A DNA stretch of 63,942 nucleotides from Rhynchobatus australiae. Taxonomy: Eukaryota. The position numbers and the translations under genes are program-made. The stretch is from positions 12,730,365 to 12,794,306 of the forward strand of contig JAUZTB010000057.1 of the NCBI GenBank assembly GCA_034780895.1. The letters run 5' to 3'. Below are positions 37,832-49,400 of the stretch, piece by piece. Each line of letters opens with the position of its first letter. The first letter of the stretch is position 1. The notes under the pieces are model-generated. The model did not search any database. It saw only the letters and a list, made by a program, of their open reading frames with translations, and had not been told where the DNA came from.

Positions 37832-38994
37832 AACCATGCTGTAAGGCTGAGCCAGTTTCACATTGGCTGTCAGAGGAAGCTGATTGATATAAGATGGTAT
37901 GAGAAGGTCCTGCATATTGATGCTAAAACATAGGCAGGTTTACACACTGATGAGATGAGGACATCAGATGGGTAACTGACAAAGGAGATCTCCCATAGCA
38001 GGTTATAAAGGGCAGAAAACCCTCCCACCATGAGCAAAAGAAACATTTCAAGGGCTCCCTTTGGTCATCCTTGAAGTATTTCAATATGACCGAGTGTACA
38101 AGGTGAATCTTAGTCGACTTTTCCACCTGTCGAAACCCCATCCATTGTGAATGTAGTTTATGAACCATGGCAGAACAGAAGCAAAAGCAATGATAATCTC
38201 ACAACAGCAGCGTATCCATTGTTAATCATGCAACTCAAAGCAGAATCTCCTGTTCAGTGTGGCACAAGGCGGTTCAAAGCAATAATTGTCCTGAGCAGCC
38301 ATTCACGTGCTCACAGAGTTCAAACCAACCTGTGATACCATGGCCATCTTTGAATTCAACGGACGAACGATCGAATAAATCATGCATACGTACAAATATG
38401 GTAGTACTCAGAAACTATAGGATAATTGGTGGAGGAAATAGACAAATTCACACTGTTACAAAACTTAAATCTCTGAAGTTGTTTCTAAGACACACATTGT
38501 TTGAGCAGGTTAACATAAAATATAGGAAATTTGAAATAGGTTCTGAATCAAAGAGAGAATATAATTTCAAAAGGATATAATACTTGTTGATCATCTGTGG
38601 CCTTACCCTAAGATTAAAACATCTTTTCTTAAGGGAAGAATGAACTGCATTAATCCAAAATTAATTTAATGATCACATCTAATAAGCAGCTGGGTTACAG
38701 AAGAAATCCATTTTCTACCTATTGTAAATTAATTATAATTAACTACTCGCATTTGCAATGTACAAATGTTTGAATTTATTAAATATTTCAAAAGATTTGA
38801 TTGACACGGCTNNNNNNNNNNNNNNNNNNNNNNNNNNNNNNNNNNNNNNNNNNNNNNNNNNNNNNNNNNNNNNNNNNNNNNNNNNNNNNNNNNNNNNNNN
38901 NNNNNNNNNNNCCAAAGATGTGATTGACAAGGCTGACCCTTGGCCCTCCCCATCCACTTCTTTCTAATCAAATAACCGCAGACATTTGTCTTAC

Positions 38995-39041
38995 CTCTCT
39001 GGTGGGACGTTATCCGCATTACTACTATGCCTTCTTTGCAT
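38995..39041 (-). CDS. RNFT2: RNFT2 coding exon 1: MQRRHSSNADNVPPE(R)
   Basis: Matches recalled human MQRRHSSNTDNIPPER; 47 nt, phase 2, donor gtaaga. The nine exons total 1311 nt = 436 aa + stop. The true start could lie further upstream. Confidence 0.88.
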
Positions 39042-39529
39042 CGTCTTCCAGTCCGTCGTAAATTGGAAAAAAAAATCTAAATGCAATGAAAAGTTGTTTT
39101 ACTGACGTAGATATTAAAACAAAATTTGAAAAAGTCATATCAACGTTCATTTTCGTATATGACAAACAGTAAATTGAGCAACTCCAGAAATTACATTTCA
39201 CAAATAACATCATATTGAATCTTTTATCATCTGTCTGAGGCCTGTTTGATATGATGTTGGGACAAAGCATTAATCTGCAGCCAGTAATATTTGGATTATT
39301 ACATTTTCACAGCATTAGCGGTGACGCCCTGTTCAACTGTTAATATTTTGTGCTGATCACTTTGGATTGCTGTGCAATATCAAGGGGTTGCTATGTTTCA
39401 ATTGCACTGTTCACCACACAGGTTAACACTGAAACACCCCCAGTGCTGGGTGCAATCTCACCCCCATTCATTCCCTGCTGCAGCAGTCACCGTGACTGAC
39501 AGCCCTTTGTTTTTTGCTCTTTGACCTTT

Positions 39530-39930
39530 CGCATGTCCAGCGTATTACATCACCGAACGTGAAGAGAGCCCGCTCCGGTCTTTAATTGGCAGCTGTGTCC
39601 ACCAATAAACGCGCAGCATTAATGGCCGCCCGAAGAGGATAACCCAATCAGAGTTCAGTTTTTCCGGGGGCGGAGCTTCCTCCGGTGGGTTGGCTGTTGT
39701 TTTTCCTCCCGGAGTCGGGGGTACGGTGTTGGGGTGGCGGAGCTTTGCGCCGCGCTGATGTCTTCGGGCCGGTAGCGTCAGTCGGGGATTTGGGAGAGCC
39801 GCCGGCCTGATGGTGCACTGCATCTCTATGGTGTGGCGCAAGGTGCTGAGGAAACGCTGGGTGCTCGCCGTGGTCTTCGGCCTCTCGCTCATCTATTTCC
39901 TGCGCAGCACCTTGAGGCAGGTGAGACCAT
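39530..39930. promoter_or_regulatory. CpG-island bidirectional promoter shared by RNFT2 (-) and SPRING1 (+)
   Basis: High GC/CpG; CCAAT boxes on both strands (about 39585, 39602, 39645), GC box GGGGCGG at about 39667; the two ATGs are 769 bp apart, head-to-head. Confidence 0.8.
39810..39920 (+). CDS. SPRING1: SPRING1/C12orf49 exon 1: [37 protein letters not shown] (type II signal anchor)
   Basis: Close match to the recalled human N-terminus [37 protein letters not shown]; 111 nt; donor CAG|GTGAGA. Confidence 0.95.
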
Positions 39931-40120
39931 CCCGACCCCCACCCCCCTTCCCAATCCACCCTGAGGCAGGGGAGACCATCCCGACCCCCTTCCTAATCCA
40001 CATCGAGAGACTGGTGAGACAACACGCAACCCCCTTCCCAATCCACATCCTGAGACTGGTAAGAAGGCCCCTTGCCCTGGTCAGTCTGCCTGGATCCTGC
40101 TATCTTGAGGCAGGTTAGAC
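39912..40120 (+). repeat. Degenerate ~45-49 bp tandem repeat (3 units plus a partial copy) spanning the SPRING1 exon-1 donor
   Basis: Recurrent tgaggcag/tgagactg-gtgagacc...ccccttcccaatccac. Confidence 0.8.
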
Positions 40121-40276
40121 TTGCCCCTGGACTCTAAGCTGTTAAGTGTCCACAAGCTCTCAACTCCCATCATTCTGGTTTGTGCCTCCCAAATTCTGAC
40201 CCTGAAACTTGTTGGTTTCTCTTGGACATTTTTATTATTTAGTTCTTCAGTTTATGGGCGATAAGAATCAACCAGT

Positions 40277-41135
40277 CAAAGTTAAGTTTATTGTCAAATG
40301 CAGAAGTACATGCATGCACAGGTACTCTGAGAAACCTACTTGCAGCAGCATCACAGGCACATAGCATATAAGCAGCATTCAGAAGAAAAACATAAATTAA
40401 ACATAAATTATACACAAGAATTTTACAAGCAATAAAAATACAATTAGAACAAAAAAAAGACAAAGTTCATTTTAGTGCAAAGTGATCGGAGTGGTCATCG
40501 TGTTGCTAAACTGTAGCGGTGATTAGGGTTTTGTCATTTGGTTCAAGAACCAAAAGGATATAGCTGTTCTTGAACTTGGTGGTGTGGGACTTAAGGCTTA
40601 TGTACCTCCAGTCTGATGGTAGCTGTGAAAAGATGGCATGGCCAAGATGGTAGGGATCTTTGGATGTTGCCTTTTTGAGGCAGCGCCTCCTCTAGATACC
40701 ATCAATAGTTGGGAGGGATGTGCCTGTGATGTATTGGGCAGAGTCGACTACTCTCTTCAGCTTCTTGCGTTCCTGCACGTTCGAATTGCCATACCAGACC
40801 ATGATGCAACCAGTCAGAATACTTTTAAAAGTACATCTTTAGAAGTTTGTGGGAGTGTTCGGTGACAAGCCGAACCTCCTTAACCTTAAAAAGTAAAGAT
40901 GCTGGCCTGTCTTCCTTGTTTCTGCATCTATGTGCAGGACCCAGGATAGGTTGTTTGATATGTTAATGCCCAGGAATTTAAAGCTGCTGACTCTCTCCAC
41001 CGCCGATCCCACAATATAGACTGTGCATGTTCGCCCTCCTTCCCCTTCGTGAAGTCAACAATCAGCTCTTTAGTTTTGCTGACATTGAGCGAGAGGATTT
41101 TGTTGCAGCACCACTCAATCAGGTGTCCTATCTGA
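40277..41135 (-). mobile_element. LINE 3' fragment, probably Rex1/Babar-like
   Basis: aagtttattgtc... end and agctgttcttgaacttggtggtgtgggac...ctgatggtagc motif recalled for this clade. Confidence 0.55.
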
Positions 41136-41282
41136 AATGCTTTTTTTAAGTAATAGTAATAATGACATTAAGACAATTTTTTTTTTGATCTGGCTCACAG
41201 CTGTTATGTGGGATATACAATTGGAACCACAGAATGATCCCTCTATCTGTTCCTGGAGGCTGAGATTTTAAAAGACATACTT

Positions 41283-43695
41283 ATGGGGCTGAAGGCTGAT
41301 AGGTCTGATGGCCTACATCATAAGGTTTCAAAGGAAGTGGCTGCTAGGCAGTGGATGTGTAATTCACCAAAATTCTCTGGATTTTGGAACATTTGCACAG
41401 GATTGGAAATCCACAAATGTAACATCACTATTCCAGAAAGGAGAGATGCAGAAAGCAGAATGGTGCAGGTTAGTTAGCTTGACATCTATCTTTGGGGAAA
41501 ATGCTAAAATCCATTATTAAGGAGGTTCATACAAGTTCAAGACAGCCGAGGAGTTAACATGATTTTATGAAAGGGAATTTGTGTTTGACAAATTTGCTAG
41601 AAGTAATTGTGATCTGTAACAACAGGTGAATGAAGGATGAGAGCACAGGATTGGTGGTAATATGTTGGCAGGGAGAGGAGAAATGCTATTAGAAAACAGA
41701 GTTAGGATAAACATTCTGCACAACTTCTGCCATCTCCATTGGAATCCCACCACCAGGCACATCTTCCCCTCCCCTCTCCTCTTTGCTTTCCACAGGGATC
41801 GTGCTCGCCATGACTCCCTTGTCAGCTTGTCCCTCCTCATCGATCCCCCTCCGGGTACTTATCCCTGCAACTGTGCTAAATGTTACACCTCCCTCTACAC
41901 CTCCTCCCTGACCACCACCCAGGGCCCTAAACAGTCCTTCCAGGTGAGGCAGTTATTTACATGTGAGTCCATTGGTTTCATTTATTACATCCGGTGTCCT
42001 GGTGTGGCCTCCTCTGCACGAATGAGGCCCAACTCAGATTGGGGGACTGCTTCGTTGAGCACCTTTGATCCTTCTGCCATGCCAGCTGGGATCTCCTGGT
42101 TTTTAATTTTAATTCCACTTCCCATTCTCGCACTGACACATCTGTCCACTGCTGGGTTGAGGATAAATACAGATTTAGGAAAGCACCTCGTATTCCACCT
42201 TGGAAGGCTCCAACCTGACGGCATGATCATCGATTTTTCTAACTTCCGATAACCACTCCCATCTGTCCTTCCTCCTCCTCCCTCCCTTATTTTTCCTTCT
42301 GATCCAACTGGCCCCCATCTCCCCATCTCTTTCCCCTTCCCCNNNNNNNNNNNNNNNNNNNNNNNNNNNNNNNNNNNNNNNNNNNNNNNNNNNNNNNNNN
42401 NNNNNNNNNNNNNNNNNNNNNNNNNNNNNNNNNNNNNNNNNNNNNNNNNNNNNNNNNNNNNNNNNNNNNNNNNNNNNNNNNNNNNNNNNNNNNNNNNNNN
42501 NNNNNNNNNNNNNNNNNNNNNNNNNNNNNNNNNNNNNNNNNNNNNNNNNNNNNNNTGCTCCACCCGGCCCCCCCCCCCCCCCCACCTTTTATACTGGCAA
42601 TCTCCCCTCTTTCCATTCCAGATGAAGGGTCCCGACCCGAAACATTGACTATCCATTTCCTTCCATAGATGCTGCCTGACCCGCTGAGTTCCTTTGTGTG
42701 TTGTTTAGGATAAATGGGTCATTTTCAGATTGACAAATGGTATCTAGTTAGGTGCTAGGATTCAATTGTTTATCTTCTGCATTGACGAATTAGATGAAAG
42801 GATTGAGTGAACTGTAGCTGGAACTGCTGATGATACAAAGATCAGTGGGTTAGCAAATTGTGAAGAAGATACAAAGACCCTGCAATAGCTCAAGGTAGGT
42901 TGAGTGAACAAAAACTTGGCAGATGGATTATAATGTGGGAAAATGTGAGGTTATTCACTTTGGAAGGAAGAATCCAAAAGCAAATTATTAGTTAAATGAG
43001 TGAGATGACAAAATATCGTGATACACAGCGACCTGGGTGTCCAAGTACATGAAACAAAAAGTAGGCACGTACAGCAAGCAATGAGGAAGGCTAATAGAAG
43101 GATGACTTTATTGCAAGGGGTAGGGATATAAAAGTAGGAAAGTTTTCTTGCAACTTTGGAGCATGCTGTTGAGACCAAACCGAGAGTAGTGCATTGAGAT
43201 TTGGTCTCCATATTTAATTTGCATTGGATGCAGTACAGAGAAGGTTCTGTAGGTTGATTCCTGGGATAAAGTAGTTGTTGTCTGAAGAAGGGTTGATCAG
43301 GTCGTGACAATTTTTTTTGAAGTATTGAAGAAATAAAGGTGATCTTATTCACAGGACTCGAAGGTTCCAGAGAGGATGCTTTCCCCACTGGGTGCATCTG
43401 GAACTAGTGAGCATAGCTCCAGAAGAAGGGATTGCCCATTTCAGATGGAGATGAGGAGGACTTCTCTGAGGATTGTGAATCTTTGGAAATCTTAATGCCA
43501 GAGGGCTGTGGAGGTGGATTATTGAATATATTCAAGAGGCAGTTGATTACATTACGAGGAAATGGAGGGGTCGAGGGAGAAAGCAGAAAAGTGGAGTAGT
43601 GGCGAAGATCGGATCAGCCANNNNNNNNNNNNNNNNNNNNNTGGGCATGCTTGAAGCTTTGACTGGCTGACTGCTGCACCTGTTTATTATGGTCC
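41283..43695 (+). mobile_element. Decayed CR1 LINE (RT and 3' end) interrupted by a Penelope-like insertion
   Basis: DWKSTNVTSLFQKG, VSLTS, ADDTK motifs; the CR1 sequence resumes after 42705. Confidence 0.85.
41712..42704 (+). mobile_element. Penelope-like retroelement 3' part (GIY-YIG endonuclease remnant and tail)
   Basis: ORF 41662..42252: PGTYPCNCAKC...FQVRQLFTCESIGFIYYIRC...LQPDGM.IDFSNF; tail gatgaagggtcccgacccgaaac...gatgctgcctgacccgctgagtt. Confidence 0.82.
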
Positions 43696-43989
43696 TGTCT
43701 AATTCTTTGACATCTTTTACCACTTTTTCTATCTTCCAGAGATCATTGTCAAATGTTGGTTTTCACATCATTTTTATACTGGAAAAGCAACCTGCAAATG
43801 TCATGACTTTTTCTTGTGGTTTTCATGATTCATTTGAGAGCTATCTTATCGTAAATTGTTAGAGGCCAATGTTATCTGAAGGTGTAATGTGTCTTTCAAA
43901 GAAATCTGAAGGAATAATAGCCACTGATAATCTTTGAATTTAGTGAATTTTATCTCATCATTGATTCCAACAATCCCAAGTGCAGTGGA

Positions 43990-44310
43990 GCTGAAAAAAA
44001 TATATCTTGTGTACTCTTGGTGAATTGAGAGAGAGCATGGAATACTGAAGATAAAGGTTAAGGGATTTAGACTGAGGCAGTAAGGATTTCTTCACTCAAA
44101 TAATTGTGGATCATTGAAATTTTATGTTATTGAAACTTATGGATGATCAGTTGAATATATTCAAGAGGCAGAGATACGTTGGAAGGCAAGGGATTTGAGG
44201 GTGTGAATGTGTTTGAGGGATGGTTGAGTGCAGGATTAACCTTGATGTTATCAATGGTGGAGCAGTCTTGAAGGGCCGAATGGCCTACTACTATTTCCTC
44301 TGTGCTTAAT
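43990..44310 (+). mobile_element. CR1 LINE 3' fragment
   Basis: Similar to 43400-43690. Confidence 0.65.
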
Positions 44311-44464
44311 GGAACAAAAAACATTCACGATACCCCAGACACCTTGTGAAAGAGAGGGGAGGGTGGGGGGGGGTGGGAAGAGAGAGAAAGTCAGAGTGTG
44401 TGCAAGATTCCTTCAACGCAGTTGGAAAAGGAGATCTTTAAATTTGTATGGGATGGGGAGCAGT

Positions 44465-45820
44465 AATAGAATGATTGATGAGGACAGGTCTGTAGATGTT
44501 GTACCAAGAGGATTGATGAGGGCAGGGCAGCTGACATTGCATCAAGATGATTGACAAGGGCATAGTAGTAAATGTACAAAGAGGATTGACGAGGGCGTGG
44601 CGGTATACATTGTGCCACGAGGATCGATAAGAGCAGGTTGGTANNNNNNNNNNNNNNNNNNNNNNNNNNNNNNNNNNNNNNNNNNNNNNNNNNNNNNNNN
44701 NNNNNNNNNNNNNNNNNNNNNNNNNNNNNNNNNNNNNNNNNNNNNNNNNNNNNNNNNNNNNNNNNNNNNNNNNNNNNNNNNNNNNNNNNNNNNNNNNNNN
44801 NNNNNNNNNNNNNNNNNNNNNNNNNNNNNNNNNNNNNNNNNNNNNNNNNNNNNNNNNNNNNNNNNNNNNNNNNNNNNNNNNNNNNNNNNNNNNNNNNNNN
44901 NNNNNNNNNNNNNNNNNNNNNNNNNNNNNNNNNNNNNNNNNNNNNNNNNNNNNNNNNNNNNNNNNNNNNNNNNNNNNNNNNNNNNNNNNNNNNNNNNNNN
45001 NNNNNNNNNNNNNNNNNNNNNNNNNNNNNNNNNNNNNNNNNNNNNNNNNNNNNNNNNNNNNNNNNNNNNNNNNNNNNNNNNNNNNNNNNNNNNNNNNNNN
45101 NNNNNNNNNNNNNNNNNNNNNNNNNNNNNNNNNNNNNNNNNNNNNNNNNNNNNNNNNNNNNNNNNNNNNNNNNNNNNNNNNNNNNNNNNNNNNNNNNNNN
45201 NNNNNNNNNNNNNNNNNNNNNNNNNNNNNNNNNNNNNNNNNNNNNNNNNNNNNNNNNNNNNNNNNNNNNNNNNNNNNNNNNNNNNNNNNNNNNNNNNNNN
45301 NNNNNNNNNNNNNNNNNNNNNNNNNNNNNNNNNNNNNNNNNNNNNNNNATTACTGGGACTGGAGGGCTTGAGTTGTAAGGAGAAACTGGGTATGCTTGGG
45401 CTTCTTTTCCCCTGGAATGTGGGAGACTGATGGGTGACCTTATAGAAGCAATGGCATAGAGGGGCACAGATAAGGTGGATGGTCACAGTCTTTTTCCCAG
45501 GGTAGGGGAGTCTAAACCTAGAGGGCATAGATTTAAGGTGAGAGAGGAAAGATTTAAAAGGGACATAAGGGGCAATTTTTTCAGAGAGAGTGTTGTGGGT
45601 ATATAGAATTAACTGCCAGAGGAAATGGTAGAAGTGGGTCTAATTAAAACTTTTAAAAGAAATTTGGATTGGTAAATGGATAGGAAAGGTTTAGAGGGAT
45701 ATTGGTCAAATGCAGACAAAAGGGACAAGCTCAGGTAGGCAACTTGGTCAGCATGGATGAGTTGGGCCGAAGGGTCTGTTTCTGTGCTATATAACTCTTT
45801 CACTTTGTGATTCTATGATT
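44465..45820 (+). mobile_element. CR1 LINE spanning a 705-N gap, with short tandem duplications at its 5' end
   Basis: IDE.R.VDVV-type units at 44471-44643; well-preserved 3' end at 45349-45820. Confidence 0.75.
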
Positions 45821-46074
45821 TGGTTTTGGGATAGTTTAGAAAGAAAAACATGATAGTTCAGTTTTATTGTTGGGGTTCTGTTTATACAGCATAACTTATC
45901 ACAGATAGTTGACCTAGTCTACAGCATTTCATTTTTAAAAATAAATATCGTTCATTTTCATTAACACCTTGTCAATATTGCCCACTTTGGAAATAGGAAC
46001 TAGACAAGTAGTTTGTTGAGGAGACTGAGAGTAAAACATGATTCTAAATGAGATAAAAAAAGAAGATATGCATA

Positions 46075-47700
46075 AAAATAAAAATGCTGGAAATAATTAT
46101 GTCAGTCGGTATCTGTGAAGAGAGAAGTAGAGTGTTTGATTACCTTGCATCAGAGCTAGGAATAGTAAGAGATAAAACAAGCTTTGATGTAGAGAGGGAG
46201 CATGAGGATAGGGTAACTCGCAAAATGGGACGATAGTGCAAAGGGAATGGAGGAGTAGAAGGATTCTTAAGGGAATAACAGGTGATTCTGGAGATGTAAT
46301 GCAGAATAAGTATCTAAAATGACCATTGGATGGTAGACTGAATGCTGGAAATGTGAAATAAAAATACTGGCAATGCCGATTACCTGAAAGTGTTGCGTCC
46401 AGATGACCACAATGTGCCCGGTAGGTAAATATACTGTTCCTTGAGATGTTGAACTTTGCTGGAACAGCATAGGCGGCATATGTTGATTGTGTGATGGACA
46501 ATTAAAGTAATGTGTATCTGGAGGATCAGGATCACACTTGCCATCAAACAGTTACTTTGCAGAGCAGTCATTTGATCTGCATTTAGTCTTGCCAGTGTAG
46601 ACGTGAGTGGCAATTTAGAATACAAGTAACTTGTTGCCACGTGTCGAAAGAGTGTTTAAAGCCTTGGGTGTTGGGGAGAAAGGAGATAATGTGTGATTGC
46701 ATGGGGAACGGAGTGGGTAAAGCCAGAGATGGAAGAGTGAATCAGAGTGTCCAACAATGAACAGAGTCTTTGAAATATTGAACAAGGAGGAGAGATGAAG
46801 ATGCAGCCGTTCATGGAATGACATCAGAGATGCTCGAAATTGTGGAGGATGATCTGCTGAATATAAAGGCTGTTGGAGTGGAAAGTGAGGACAGGGGCAA
46901 TCCAGTCCCGGCTCTGGAAGTGGGTGGGCAGGGTGTTGAGAAAGGGTCCAAGTAGTAGTGTGTGAAATGGGACAGATGTATCTCCGGCACATGTCAATTG
47001 TTTGAAGGGGAATTCAGTCCCGAGGAGAAAGAAAACCTATTGGAAGTAAAAGAAAGTGGTGAAATACTCAGCAGGTCAGATTGCATCTGTGGAGAAAGAA
47101 ACAGGCTCTAATGTTTCAGGTTGATGACTTTTCTTTAGAGCTAGGAACAATTAGAAATCAACAATTAGATTTCAGAAAAGAGGGAAGGGTGAAGAGTACG
47201 AAGGGGATGTGTGTATTAGGATGGAGACAAAGTGAGACTGAATGACACCACAGATGGTGATGGTGGCTGAAAGAGGGTGGTGAAGGTTTGTTAATGGCAG
47301 CTGATCTGTTAAGCAGAAGGCATAAATTGAAGGTGATGAATGAGGAGAGGGAAACATATTGAAAGCACTGGTATGGAACAAGACATCATTCGAACAGATT
47401 TAACAGAGCCTCAGAAACCACAGGAGAATGGAATGTGTCTTGCAGGAATTACAGTAGGATGAAGTATAATCATGGCAGCTGTGGGAGTCAGTGGACACAT
47501 GGTGCTCCCTGAAATGGAGATGGAGAAAGGAAGGGAAAAGTCAGGGATGGGCCGTGCGCAGGCAAGAGCATTGTGAAAATTTGCAACTGAAAGCTGATGA
47601 AATTTTCCAGTTTGGGCAAAGGTAGCAGTGAAACAGTCCCACAAAATAAAGCAGTACAGCTTGGGTCCATAGTAAAATCTTACTTGGTGGAAGTGAATGG
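46075..47700 (-). mobile_element. Decayed Penelope-like fragments (two tails, GIY-YIG and RT remnants)
   Basis: Reverse-complement similarity to 41712-42704; tails near 46080 and 47055. Confidence 0.65.
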
Positions 47701-47719
47701 AATTCAAGGAGAAGTTGAT

Positions 47720-48525
47720 CATTGTGAAGATAGGTGAGGGTAGGGCAGTGGACGAAATGGACTTGAGCAAGGCCTTTGACAAGATCCTGAATGGCAGGCA
47801 AATCTGGAAGGTGAGATTGCATGGGATACATGGAGAGATAGCTAATTGGATTCATAATTGGCTTGATGGTAGGAAGCGGAGAGTGATGATCGACGGTTGC
47901 TTCTCGGACTGGAGGCCTGTGACTTGTAGTGTACCACAGAGGTCGGTGCTGGGACTTTTGTTATTTATAGAAATGATTTGGATGAGAATGTACAAGGCAC
48001 GGTTAGTAAGTTTGCGGATGCTACTAAAATAGGTGGTATCATAGACAGTGAAGACAGCTATCAAAAATTACAAGGTGATCTTCCGCAGCGGGGTAAGTGG
48101 GCCGAAGATCGACAAATGACTTTCAATTAAGATGTGCAAGATGTTGCATTTTGGGAAGTCAAACCAGGGTGGACTTGTACCGTAAGGGCCCTGGGAAATG
48201 TTGTGGAATAGAGGAACCTGGGAGTACAAGTGCATGGTTCCCTGAAAGTGGCTTTATAGGTTGACAGGGTGGCGAAGAAGGCGTTTGGCATGCTGGCCTT
48301 CACCAGTCACGGCAGTGAGTATCGTAAGTTGCAGTTGTACAGGATGTTGGTGAGTTTTGTGGACAGTTTTGGTCACCTGGTTATAGGAAAGATATCATTA
48401 AACTGGAAAGAGTGCCGAGAAGATTTACAAGAATGCTGCCAGGACTTGAGAGGCTGAGAAATGGGGAGAGGTTCGGCAGGATGAGTCTTTATTCCTTGGA
48501 ACATAGGAGATTGAGGGGTGACCTG
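47720..48525 (+). mobile_element. CR1 LINE RT fragment
   Basis: EGRAVD..DLSKAFDK...HGI.G....WI.NWL.GRK.RV.IDG.FS.W.PV..VPQ.SVLG. Confidence 0.9.
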
Positions 48526-48949
48526 TTAAGTATTGACCATATTTTCTTGATATTTAATCTCTCAGGAATTTGTTATATTCATAGTTCTTCCTTTGAATGT
48601 GCAGCCTTTTATCTCTTTGCCCCATTGTTGATGGCTTTGAGTTGTTGAGGCCATTAAACCTGAAATTCCTTCCATAAACCTGTCTCTCCACTTTAAGAAT
48701 AAAATCCACCTCTCTACCTGTGGGACTGGTTTCTGTATCAGAGGGTCTATCTAAATGCAAGTTGATTTTGTTAAGTGTTATTTCTTAGCTGTGTGATAAA
48801 AGCAATGCATAAAGACTTGGCTCTGTTATTTAATAGTCCATCCAAATTCCAGATACAGTAATTCTCAACTAACAGCACAGAGGCCCTATAAAAGAACATA
48901 AGAACTACATTTATATAAGTGCTCCCTTTCGGAGTATTCACAGCACTTT

Positions 48950-49400
48950 CATAGAAACATAGAAATTAGAGTAGGCTGTTTGACACTGAGCCTTCTCTGC
49001 CATTCATAGCTGATAATCAGTCTCAAAACTGCATGCTTGCTCTCTCCCCATACTCCCTGATGTTTTTTGCATCAAGTAATTTATCGATCTTCTCCTTAAA
49101 TATATTAAGTGACGTGGTCTCTACACCCTTTTGTGGCAGCAAATTCTACAGGTTCACTACCTACTAAGTGAAGAAATTTCTCTTCATATCAATCTTAAAA
49201 CTCTAGCTCTGTAACCCCGGAGTGTGAAACACTCCTTTCTCAGTCAGGGGAAACATCATCCAGTTTGACAAGCCCTGTCAGTATTATGTAAGTTTCAATT
49301 TGATCTCCTTTCATTCTTCCAAACTATAGTGAATACAAATCTGGATGATCTAACCTCTCATCATACAAAGGCTCCACCATCCCAGAATTCAGAAGTCAGT
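48950..49400 (-). mobile_element. CR1 LINE 3' end
   Basis: catagaaacatagaaa tail followed by reverse-strand CR1 C-terminal sequence. Confidence 0.72.

Noticed and set aside
39455-39560. Sterol regulatory elements (ctcacccccat, atcaccgaac) near the SPRING1 promoter
   Set aside because: Two or more mismatches to ATCACCCCAC; the first is better explained as a minus-strand splice donor
39545-39959. Minus-strand 115-aa and 103-aa ORFs
   Set aside because: Stop-poor CpG island antisense to SPRING1 exon 1; no homology signal
41662-42252. 196-aa ORF as a novel host nuclease gene
   Set aside because: Chimera of CR1 and a frameshifted Penelope GIY-YIG remnant; the second (YIG) motif is not intact
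44391-45528. Long ORFs spanning N runs (also 8358-9014, 25619-26019, 41985-42656)
   Set aside because: Length is an artefact of X translation across assembly gaps
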